Assembly: GCF_018977255.1 (NCBI RefSeq)
Contig: NW_024705329.1
Coordinates: forward strand, 1-54,192
Direction of reading: 5' to 3'
Origin: Callorhinchus milii
Taxonomy: Eukaryota
Length of the DNA: 54,192 nucleotides
Made by a program: the position numbers and the translations under genes. Below are positions 9,717 through 20,500 of the stretch, one piece after another. Under the pieces are notes generated by a model. That model was given only the letters and a program-made list of their open reading frames with translations, had not been told where the DNA came from and ran no database searches. Position 1 is the first letter of the stretch; each line of letters starts with the position of its first letter.

Positions 9717-9999
9717 TACATATGTATGTGTATGCGTGTTTGTGCTTGTGGGACTTTGTCCAGATTCTTCCAGTATCTTTGAGCTCCTCGCACTATTCTA
9801 CCTGCTTACACCCAGGATGTGTTGTGGGCAGGCCAGCCTGAATGTTTCAAGCTGGCACGGGTGTTGGCTCACGAGGTTCCTTGTTTCGCAGGAATAGATC
9901 AGGGGGAGGGCGTAACTGTCATCGAAAAGACCCGGTGGTTCGTATGAAAGCGACCGGGTCGGGCAGTTCCACGCATCATTATGAAGTTGATGAAAATAC

Positions 10000-10330
10000 A
10001 ATGCAGCTCACCTTTATTGAGGTGAGACCTCTTCACGGATACGGGAATTCTGGTACCTTAATTGCAACCATCTCATTACTCACGGAGAGTTGAGGGGTGG
10101 AGTATTCAATGGTACAACGGGTAATGTAGCCCGCATGACCTGCCACTGCACGTTCAAAGAGATTCTGTTTGGTTGGATAAATGGGGCTAAACGTACACAG
10201 TACAGGCTAGAGAAGAAATGGCCCCATTTAGTCCGGGTGGATTTGGAGCTGATTGGACTTGCCATTGACTGGAACCAGCGGTGACAACATCGGCCTCTGT
10301 GATGGAGGCTCATAAAGGACGTTACTGGGC
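10000..10330 (+). mobile_element. Decayed RTE LINE ORF2 C-terminal fragment
   Basis: ORF 10090-10284 reads GNVARMTCHCTFKEILFGWINGAKRTQYRLEKKWPHLVRVDL...LAIDWNQR. This fits the RTE pattern GHVxRM...PKxILxG...GxRxxGRPxxxWxDxVxxDL...AxDRxxWR. Boundaries are approximate. Confidence 0.75.
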
Positions 10331-11940
10331 AGTTGGAGGCAGTCGACCCCCAACAGCAGCGGAGGGCAGAGGAGCGACGCTCACAACAATGAGCAGAGTG
10401 CAGGGCGGCTAAAACGCAGCAATTTTGTAAAATTCTCCGGGGCACAGGCGGTGCATCAATCTTGTTCACCCATGGCCTCCTGCCGGTGAACTTTTGCAGC
10501 TTCGTGTGACCTCAAAGGCACCGATCTTGGTGCAAGCACCACAATGGGCACTGCCAATTCGTTTTTCGTGGTAACGACTGCGTTGTTGTAAGTGTGTGTG
10601 TATGTACGGTTAAAACCACAGCATGGTCAACTTTGTTTTGTGGAAGCCCTGAGTCAGAGATGGAAATCTCGTATTCCTTTATAAGAGAGCAGTCCGTCGT
10701 ACGCGCAGAGTACCACGACACATTCTCGCGAATTACGTCGTATCAATAAGAGACACCTGTACTGGGACTTTGGTAAAACTGGCGCAGAGCAATAATTGGC
10801 CCGGGCATGAATGATCAATGAATACACGCTACATATTTAAGACGCAAAGCATTTGCTCGGTTTTTCTCATGTCGCTCGCCGACATGTTGGCACGGCGCGG
10901 AATACACTGTCAGCTCGTCACAACCGCAGCCTTTTAAAAAAAATACCCACATCGACCTGGAGGAGATGCGCTTGATGAGCCCCCCCTTCCGAGCCTCTCC
11001 TAAAGGCCGCGTGCACCGCGCCGGGGAAGCAAAAAGAACAAATATAAATAATAATTGACAAAAAATCCGCGCAACTTTAGCCACGCTTTGAGCTGTGCTC
11101 GCGATGATGCCGCGTGAAAACGAGAAATGTCACCGACGTTGCGCGCAACTCTCTCGGGCGGGCTCCGTGATCACAGGCGCCTGCCAAGCAGGGCACGCCA
11201 GAACGTGAGTGGCAAAGTGGCAAAGTCGCGTGCGAGAGATGACATCTCTCACGTGCAAAGCGAGTGCACGCTTCTGACGTCTGTACGAAAAAAACCGGTC
11301 TTATAATTATAATTAGATGTTTCATTATAATTTGGCTTTATTCAGTTATGAGTAATGGGATCGATGTGTTTAATGCATGAGACGAGGGATAACCAGTTGA
11401 ATTGCCCTTTATTGGAGCATTAGTTGCCCTCTGGTGTTGGATTAGACAGAGGCCTATTGAATTGGACACTCATTGAAGTGGTCATGCAGGCCCATCTTCC
11501 AGGGCCTTTCCCTGGAGTGACAATGTCCGAGTGTGCGCGTGTGTGTGGTGACTGAGCAGCTGTTACAGAAGGGACGATTCTTCATCTTGTGAATACATTA
11601 TTCCAATATCAAGCGGGATATACGTGGTCATAACTTTAGATATATGTATACAAAATGTAACAATGAAATAAATAAATTCATGCCAGAAATGTCAGCATGC
11701 CCTTCAGAGCATATTGTGTGCTGTTTAATCGTACATATTTAGGTACAAAGAGCCCAGATGCGCCTGGGTTACTCGGGGACTCGGGTTAAAGCTTTGCCCC
11801 TGTCAAAGCCAATGAGCAGTCACTGTTGTGAGGCTGGGTTTGAATCCTAGGCCTCGTGTAGACCCCTTGAGTCAGAATAAAGAATCTTAAACAAGGCTGG
11901 AAGAATACGATGAGCTACTTTTGTCAAAAATGTCCAGTCA

Positions 11941-12010
11941 ATTTCGATTTAAAGCTTTCGTGACTGCAGGGATTCATCTTCTTGGTTCTTTCGGTAAAGT
12001 CACGTAGAAG
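11941..12010. mobile_element. Penelope-like terminal repeat family B, single-arm copy 3
   Basis: 70 bp identical to 2725-2794. No second arm and no clear TSD. Confidence 0.8.
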
Positions 12011-12739
12011 TTAAAACCGCGTCGTCACGTGTCAACGAGCCGCACGTCTCGGACAGGTGACCACTGACGTCGGAAAAATATCCCCGTTGTAGGCGTGGGA
12101 GGTTTCACACTTTAAGTAGGTAGACTCCAGCATCGAGGGCCCAATTCGGCAGACAGCCACCGAGTGAAGCCGTCCGTTGCACCTACGCGGAGAGAGCAGA
12201 TGCGCAAGTGCGTTTAAGTTTTGACATCGTCAACGAACCACTCCGAGTTTTGGCTTGTGTGGTTCTGTGTTAAGTTAATTTTCCATTCGAAATGGTTCGG
12301 ACAACCTTGGCCCATCAGATAGATTTAACTTTATTAGTACATCCGATAACTGGACAAGGGACCACCTCAGGTTTTTTTGTATGTATATTTAAAATGTAGA
12401 AGTGATAATTTTATCATGCTTTGTTTTTCCTGGTGATTGCCTTTCGTTTGTTATAAGTACAGTGGAACTTTCTACAGTTTAGCCATTATGAAAACTGTCG
12501 CCAAATCTATTTTTGGTCACGGCTTCTCATCACATTCCAAGTCACACCACTACAATTTATGAAACTCAACGATATGAAAAATTGCAAAGGGAAAGTGAAA
12601 AGTAAAAAACGATAAGCGTATAATCATCGTTGGCGCGCGGACACGTCGAACTGAACAATTAGCCACGGTTGAACCACTCCCCAATCCTTTATTCTAACTT
12701 CAGTTAAAAGATCATTATTCTGACTTCCAGATTTTATTA

Positions 12740-13060
12740 TTGAGTTAGATCACGTAAATATGAATGTGTCGTCAAATCCACAACCATCCGACGCATCCAA
12801 TTGATAAGGTTTGTCACCAAAAGAAAACGTGCCGATTAGTTACTACTTCAGCACACCGGTGTGTTTGAGGGTAAAACCCGCAGCATTTACAATTTGAGTT
12901 CGACGTTTCGCTGGTGATTACAGCCAGCTTCATCAGCTAAGAATGTCGTGAGTTTCACTCTCCAACATGCCGCTGCTCCCGAAGGAGTAACTAATCGGAC
13001 ACGTTTTTTTGCTTACGTGACATCCCTTTGCTAATTGGCTGTGCCGGGTGACGACGGGGG
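12740..13060. mobile_element. Penelope-like terminal repeat family A, inverted pair
   Basis: 12740-12936 (minus) is collinear with 14134-14330. 12944-13060 (plus) is a shorter, more diverged copy starting downstream of the ribozyme. Confidence 0.8.
12901..12936 (-). ncRNA. Minimal hammerhead ribozyme core (type I-like, Penelope-associated)
   Basis: Minus strand: CTGATGA-A-GCTGG-CTGTAATCA-CCAGC-GAAA-CGTC-G. No stem I partner is evident upstream. Confidence 0.75.
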
Positions 13061-13179
13061 TGAGAGCTGTGAGTGTTTCACTGGAGACGAGGCCTCGTTC
13101 TCTTCCACTGCAACACTAACGACTGGGAATGCACTGCCAGCCTTGGGCACCTGGGCCTGGCAGCGGCTAGGGGGAGGGT

Positions 13180-13301
13180 TGCTGCTGCTGCTTGCTGTTG
13201 CTGCTGCTGCTGCTGCTGTTGCTTGCTGCTGCTGCTTGCTGTGCTGCTGCTGCTGCTTGCTCCTGCTGTTGCTTGCTGCTGCTGCTTGCTGCTGCTGCTG
13301 C

Positions 13302-13337
<36 letters not shown>

Positions 13338-13338
13338 C

Positions 13339-13374
<36 letters not shown>

Positions 13375-13411
13375 GCTGCTGCTTGCTGCTGCTGCTTGCT
13401 GCTGCTGCTGC

Positions 13412-13447
<36 letters not shown>

Positions 13448-13697
13448 GCTGCTGCTGTTGCTGCTGCTGCTGCTTGCTGCTGCTGCTGCTTGCTGCTGCT
13501 GCTGCTTGCTGCTGCTGTTGCTGCTGCTTGTGCTGCTGCTTGCTGCTGCTGCTTGCTGTTGCTTGTTGCTGCTTGCTGCTGCTGTTGTTGCTGCTGTTGC
13601 TTGTGCTGCTTGCTGTGCTGCTGTTGCTTGCTGCTGCTGTGCTGCTGTTGCTTGCTGCTGTTGCTGCTGCTGCTTGCTGCTGCTTGCTGCCGCTGCT
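13180..13697. repeat. Compound (CTG)n/(CAG)n microsatellite interrupted by CTTG and GTT
   Basis: About 520 bp of GCT triplets with periodic single-T insertions. Confidence 0.97.
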
Positions 13698-13699
13698 TT

Positions 13700-13935
13700 G
13701 CGTTTGGAAGTAAGAAATGAAGAGTGAGTGGAGAACTGTGTATTCAGGCGGCAATGTGAATAATACAGGAGGTTCTGAGAAGGTCAAGAGATGTGTTGTG
13801 TTTGCAGATATGGGTTTTATGAATTACATAAGCCACTTTGCTAGAGTAGAGAGCTCAACTTTCACATTAAGAGATGGGTGTGAGGCGTTTGTGTTGCTTC
13901 ATGGGTCAGAGAGCTGGACTTTAACAAAAAAAAGC
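13700..13935 (+). mobile_element. Decayed RTE LINE ORF2 fragment (post-RT region)
   Basis: Encodes YSGGNVNNTGGSEKVKRC...VLLHGSESWTLTKK (13891-13920), matching the RTE motifs YLGSxI...EIxRR and VLLYGSETWTL. Confidence 0.75.
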
Positions 13936-14082
13936 TTTTAAGATTAAGAGACCGTAGAGACTTTAAAAAAGCAACTAAACAGACAATCTTTTGCCTTGGA
14001 AAAAATGTGCATTTGCAGGATTGTAGGAATTTCATGCTATTTTTTTTTAAATTCAGAGTAAACCCGTGGCAGGGAAGCAATG

Positions 14083-14344
14083 TTTAACACGTAGGTTTTC
14101 GTAGGTGGACTTCTCCACAAATCTGTCTGTCGCCTGATGAAGCTAGTTGTAATTACTGGCGAAACGTCGTACTCCGATTGTAAATGTTGTGCCTTGGCTC
14201 TCCAACACACCGGCGTGCTGTACTAGTGAAGAATTGGCACGTTCTGTTTACGTGACAACCCTTACTGGTTGGCTGTGTCGGGTGGTGGCGGGTTTAACGA
14301 CACATTTATACATTTACCTGATCTAACCCAAAAAAACTCTTATT
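14083..14344 (+). mobile_element. Penelope-like terminal repeat family A, solo copy with ribozyme and putative 12-bp TSD
   Basis: Homologous to the 6570-6875 and 12740-13060 arms. AGGGAAGCAATG is repeated at 14071-14082 and 14345-14356. Confidence 0.75.
14134..14169 (+). ncRNA. Minimal hammerhead ribozyme core (type I-like, Penelope-associated)
   Basis: CTGATGA(14134-14140)-A-GCTAGT-TGTAATT-ACTGGC-GAAA(14161-14164)-CGTC-G, with a 6-bp stem II including one G-U pair. Confidence 0.78.
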
Positions 14345-14699
14345 AGGGAAGCAATGAATGTAGACATAGCTCTGACTCAAGATCTAGATGATCTTGACCA
14401 AGATCAACGATGCAACCACAGGAGAGACCATCACTTAATTGCTCCAAATCTCACAAGCGTTTCACAGCAAAGCCCCAAACTCCAAGGTCTCATTTTACAG
14501 TCTTCCACAATCTCGCCACAGCTCTCCACTTAGTGGCTGAACTTTGGTGCCGCTGAAATGTACGTGTCTTTGTCCTGCCCTCTTGCCCGTTGCAACCCCA
14601 CGTCGCATTGATCGCAAGGCCCCCCTTCCGTTTGCATCTAAAACATACTTTCTTGCTAAGTGATTTTCCAGACTTCCACGTTACATACGCGCCAACTGC

Positions 14700-14940
14700 C
14701 CTTCACGCGACCCCCACCCTATTAAGTGAAACATCACGACGAATGCCATCAACGCGGCGACTCAACGTCGGTCATCGATCTCCCCGTCTCCAGAGTAGCA
14801 ACAACACCACAGGCCACGCCAAGGGCCCTCTTCAGGGCCAGGCAGCGACGTGCCAGATCGGACCCAGGACGAGGAATCCTCCGACTAAACATTGAGGGAC
14901 CCTCCCGGGCGAAGTGGTCATCTGACTTGACCACCTGAAT
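14700..14940 (-). mobile_element. Possible highly decayed CR1/L2 reverse-transcriptase fragment
   Basis: The minus strand has GTCCCTCAA (VPQ) and, shortly after, GTCCTGGGTCCGATC (VLGPI). These may be remnants of GVPQGSVLGP, but the spacing is abnormal. Confidence 0.3.
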
Positions 14941-15797
14941 GTGAAATTGCGGTTGTCGCTCTGCGTCTGCATCAGGTTAAATCAATTACACGATTTAATG
15001 ACAGGTGGAGTAATTAATTAATTTACCGCGGTTGTGTTTTTTTTTTACAACCACAATTCCTCATGTAAATGAGCAGATTTATATTTAAGATCTTTGCCCC
15101 CGTGGATTTAATTAAGGCGTGCGACGAGATCCCCAGATGTCTCACTCGTTTGTAAGAATTCCACGAAGGCGTCGTCTGTTGGAGTGACGTTTCGAGTTAC
15201 ACACGTTTGGTGACAACGAAAAAAGAAAACGTCGTATAATAAGCGAAGCACAAAACATTAACGGATGCATCTGATGACAAGTGATAGCTCTCTCTACTTC
15301 ATCGACCCCCACCTCCAGCCGCGTGTTTATACATTTATTTACTATCGACCTGCTCGTTCAATATCTTTAAATCAAAAGCCTTGCAGGGGTTTTTTTACTT
15401 CTTTAAATAAATAATTTAACATCACCACGCTATATCGCAACGGTGTGCCCATTCGTAGCTTGTTCAAAGAGCAGGAGGGGGGGCTGTTGGATTCAATAAA
15501 TATATGAACAGGAGGCAGGTGCATTCAGTACCCACAAAGATTGTTTTCGCGGACAGCTGCCTCACCGGAGGCTATGGGGCCACGCGGCGGGAACATCCTC
15601 CACGTTACGTGCACGCCAGCGCGCTCCAGTGTCGTGAGAGCTCCAGCGCTACCTGCAGAGCGGTTGGGACCCAAGTTGTCGTCCGCAGGCCAATGTTGGT
15701 GTCCGCAGGGTGGCCCTGTGTGGCTTGTCAGATGCTGCAGTTTCGAGTTGTTTCATTTGGAAAAAAACGTAGCATCGGTGAGCGGTGGTCCTGCAAA

Positions 15798-17491
15798 ACC
15801 ACTATCCCACTCAGCACTACCACTATCCAACCACACCACCACTATCCCACCCAGCACTACCACTATCCCACCCAGCACCACCACTATCCCACCCAGCGCC
15901 ACCACTATCCCACCCAGCACCACCACTATCCCACCCAGCACCACCACTATCCTAACCAGCACTACCATTATCCTACCCAGCACCACCACTATCCCACCCA
16001 GCACTACCACTATCCCACCCAGCACCACCACTATGCCACCCAGCACTACCACTATCCCACCCAGCACCACCACTATCCCACCCAGCACCACCACTATCCC
16101 ACCCAGCACCACCACTATCCCGCCCAGCACCACCACTATCCCACCCAGCACCACCACGATCCCACACAGCACCACCACTATCCCACCCAGCACTACCACT
16201 ATCCCACCCAGCACCACCACTATCCCACCCAGCACCACCACTATCCCACCCAGCACCACCACTATCCCACCCAGCACCACCACTATCCCACCCAGAACCA
16301 CCACTAGCCCACCCAGCTACCACTACCAGTATCCCACCCAGCACCACCACTATCCCACCCAGCACCACCACTATCCCACCCAGCACTACCAGTATCCCAC
16401 CCAGCACCACCACTATCCCACCCAGCACCACCACTATCCCACCCAGCACTACCACTATCCCACCCAGCACCACCACTATCCCACCCAGCACCACCACTAT
16501 CCCGCCCAGCACCACCACTATCCCACCCAGCACCACCACTATCCCACCCAGCCCCACCACGATCCCACCCACCACCACTATCCCACCCAGCACTACCACT
16601 ATCCCACCCAGCACTACCACTATCCCACCCAGCACCACCACTATCCCACCCACACCACCCCACCCAGCACCACCACTATCCCACCCAGCACTACCACTAT
16701 CCCACCCAGCACCACCACTATCCCACCCAGCACCACCACTATCCCCCCAGCACCACCACTATCCACCCAGCACCACCACTATCCCACCCAGCACCACCAC
16801 TATCCCACACAGCACCACCACTATCCCACCCACCCCACTACCCACCCAGCACCACCACTATCCCACCCAGCACCACCACTATCCCACCCCCACCCACCCA
16901 CCCACCCAACCACCACTAGCCCACCCAGCACTACCACTACCAACCCAGCACCACCACTATCCCACCCAGCACCACCACTACACCCCCCAGCACCACCACT
17001 ACCCCACCCAGCACCACCACTATCCCACCCAGCACCACCACTATCCCACCCAGCACCACCACTATCCCACCCAGCACCACCACTATCCCACCCAGCACCA
17101 CCACTATCCCACCCAGCACTACCACTATCCCACCCAGCACCACCACTGTCCCACCCAGCCCCACCACTATCCCCCCCCCACCACTATCCTACCCACCACC
17201 ACCACTGGCCCACCCAGCACCACCACTATCCCACCCAGCGCTACCACTGGCCCACCCAGCACCACTGTCCCACCCAGCACCACCACTATCCCACCCAGCA
17301 CCACCACTGACCCACCCAGCACCACCACTGTCCCACCCAGCACCACCACTGGCCCACCCAGCACCACCACTATCCCACCCAGCACCACCACCATTCCACC
17401 CAGCAGCAGCACTATCCCATCCAGCACCACCACTATCCCACCCAGCACCACCACTATCCCACCCAGCACCACCACTATCCCACCCAGCACC
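15798..17491. repeat. 21-bp minisatellite (CACCACTATCCCACCCAGCAC)n running into the gap
   Basis: Roughly 80 tandem units. Indels increase after ~16550 and the array is truncated by Ns. Confidence 0.98.
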
Positions 17492-17521
17492 NNNNNNNNN
17501 NNNNNNNNNNNNNNNNNNNNN
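17492..17521. other. 30-N gap / junction
   Basis: Run of 30 n. Confidence 0.99.
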
Positions 17522-20500
17522 CTAAAAGACCCCTGAGGAACACTGAGCGCGTTAAAGACTTGGGCTCCCCTAAGGATACTCAGCCCAGAAAAGTCATCTG
17601 TATGACTGTGGTGCCGGAATCCTACTGAAATGCAAGCCCCACTGACCCCCATACCGACACGCGTAACGATGGGTGATCGTCTGCTAACCCCAGATAATAC
17701 GAGTCGACGATTGAGCCTAGCCCGTTACACACCATCTGTGTTGGGCCTTTCGTTTAACGGTCATTGTTACACTAATGGGAGCCCCGGATAAACAGGCTAC
17801 ATTCGGCCTTAATATTATCCAAGGGACAGCGGAGGACGGGACAAGAAGCTACGTAGACGCACGTAAGTAGTCGAAGTTGTGTGCCACAGCTTATGGACAC
17901 TGAATCCTAAGTTGGCATGAGGTATAGCCCTGGTGCGTCCCGTAGTGATACCCGCGGCTATGAGGTTAACCCGTCAATCGACAGTTGCCCCGCGTCGTCT
18001 AATTAGCTCAGCGGCTCCCATCGATATCTCCACGAGCAAGAGTTGTCGGCGCCGTCTGTTAGGACGCTATGCTCGATCTTAACCGTCGATCAGGATAAAT
18101 GCAGTGCACGTGTCCATTACGGGCTATGTTAGCGTACACGGTTGGCGCAGGAATCGTCTAGGGGACCCGCTGCATTATCCGCCCGTCTGGTCCGAGCCCG
18201 AAATGGCCTCTAATCAGGTTCGCAAGTAGGGCTACTCACCCTCCGGTAGGTCCACGACTTGTATTGAGTTGCTGATTCCTCCTTAGGGGATTTCGGCAGC
18301 AGCGTAGAGGAGAGGGATTATATCCCTCCGGCATTTGCTCAGACGTATCATTTCCCAGGCGCGTTTGGTTCAGTTTGTGCATCCCGGACGGTCTTCGGTG
18401 TGGGCCATAAGTAAAGAAGTTCGAAAAAGTTTCCCGCGCCATTCCGGATGATAAGGATTTCCCCGACTGGACTCTTCTTTACCATCTAGGAGATGCAAGA
18501 AGTCACAAACTTCAGGAATATCTTTACATAACCGTATGATTCAGTATTTGCATAACGTGACACTTTTTACTAATTACAAAGCCAACAAGCGGCCCGCGTG
18601 CCTACGGGCAGTATATAGCCTTCTAACCGCGCTACTTAAGCACCTCGTGTATCCCTTTCATAAGTCTGACAAGTACTTTGGATTAAAGGACCATGGGACG
18701 TAATAGCAACCGCGCGGACAGGCAAATCTTACATTTGTTGCCTTCAATCGTAGGCATATTCGCCCTAGATCTCCAAAACAATGGACACGCTCTAGGACCC
18801 AGATGTCTTCCCAACATCGTTGAGCGCTAGGGCACGTCCATTTCGCCTAACGCGCCCTAAGTTTAATAGAGATGCAAAAAATACCTTACTTTCACCAAAT
18901 TCAGGTCGAGAGTTAGGCGACCTACGCATGTTATTATCTAGCACTGGGGTTTCAATAACCTGACAGTATAATGTAGGTCGCCTTTAGCCTTCGTTCAGTA
19001 TTAAGACGGTACGATGCAGTAAATGAGTCTCCCGCTGGTCGAATATTTGGAAATGAACACCCTTCCAATGATGACGAGAAACGATGTATTGATTATTATC
19101 CACTGCATGTATTAAATCATAAGGACAAGTGCGGCCACCCCAAGGTAGCGTGATTCTCTTCCTACTGAGATTCACTCATGTGGAGGCGCTCTCCGCGGGC
19201 ACGAGATATCTAACGACGTGAGCATGAGGAGGCCGGGGTCGCAGCCTCCATGACCGCCTTGTGGGGAACAGGACTTGGGATTGAGTGCGTTAAGTGGGGT
19301 GCGGTCGCACGTACTGGCTATCAATGCTGGATTGGTTGTATTACATCAACAGACATATTAAAATCAACACCAAGGATGTGCATTGTAATGTAAGAGTACC
19401 AATTAGAAACGGCTGTTGTCATTAAGGATTTCGAGTGTCTTCGTTGTATCAATACTTAAACGTTGACCGCCGGTGACAACGACAAGCCGTATACATGCGC
19501 AATCTTTTCTTGTAAAGTGTGCAGCTATATTTCGCGTAATGCACGTAGTAGGGAAACTGTAGAAAGTCAGACTGTATGATATTTTCCTGAACGGTTAAGA
19601 ATGAAATTTTGCCTCCTACTCATGTTTACAGACAATCTAGTCAACAGAACAGGTCTGTGCACGCCTTGTGACCCGGGGCTTGGTATAGCTACGTATTATC
19701 CTGGTATATACGTCGAACCCAAGTGAAAACAGACTAGTCGGAATTCGGCCAATTTTGGTACGACTCAAGTTGCGCTCTATCCGCGCCCTGAAACGGCAAT
19801 AACTAGGTCGATTCCAATCGCTCCAAGTTCGTGCGGAGTATATCCTGAGAGATGTTAGCAAAAAAGCCGAACTGAATGCGGTTAGAATTGCTTGCTATCT
19901 ACACTTCCGGCAATTCTGGCGTAATACCAATCGAAGGTCCGCAGCACGGGCCCCAATACACGCGGTTCCGTAGTGATGGCAAGCTATTGTGAATTACCTC
20001 CGGACTCTTGGCAACTTGTACGCGTTGAAGCGCACACAAAGGGGAGGACCTATTAAAGCGCCTTCTGAACGTACGTTCCGCTAATTCGCATCAAACAGAG
20101 GTACGAAGTTGATAAGAGGATACTATCTGCGCCAAAGACCGTGTTCCGGGGTAACACAAACAGGGGCGTGGAAATTTGCTGGTAATACTCACTGCTGGCA
20201 TGGGAGTGCCGCGGACAGCACCCGGTAACCCCTCAACCTATACTCTGCCTTACGGTTCGCCGTTTAGTGGTTCCCGCACATCCAGCTTAGGGCATTCGTT
20301 AACGCAGTTAAATACGCGCTTTGTTTTTCAGCCGCTGGGCGCTGCGTTAAGTCTTTCAACGTGATCTGTGAGGCCTGCCCATCGTGATGTTTGAGGGTGG
20401 CACAATCTACAAGTGCAAGCACTGGGACCCACAGTAAGTTAACCCTGTCGCTTATCGCGCCGAAGCGAATCCGTTGCCGAACGGAATGAGCAGGGTGTTC

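Noticed and set aside
13035..13787. Overlapping 173-230 aa poly-L/A/C/Q/S ORFs
   Set aside because: Translations of the CTG microsatellite, open in several frames on both strands.
15186..15280. GACGTTTCG (minus-strand GAAACGTC) and a nearby CTGATGA
   Set aside because: The boxes are on opposite strands with no stem II; at most a decayed pLTR remnant.
15504..17652. 589-aa mucin-like or His-rich ORF and antisense GGIVVVL ORFs
   Set aside because: Products of a stop-free 21-bp minisatellite; the reading switches between repeat phases at indels.
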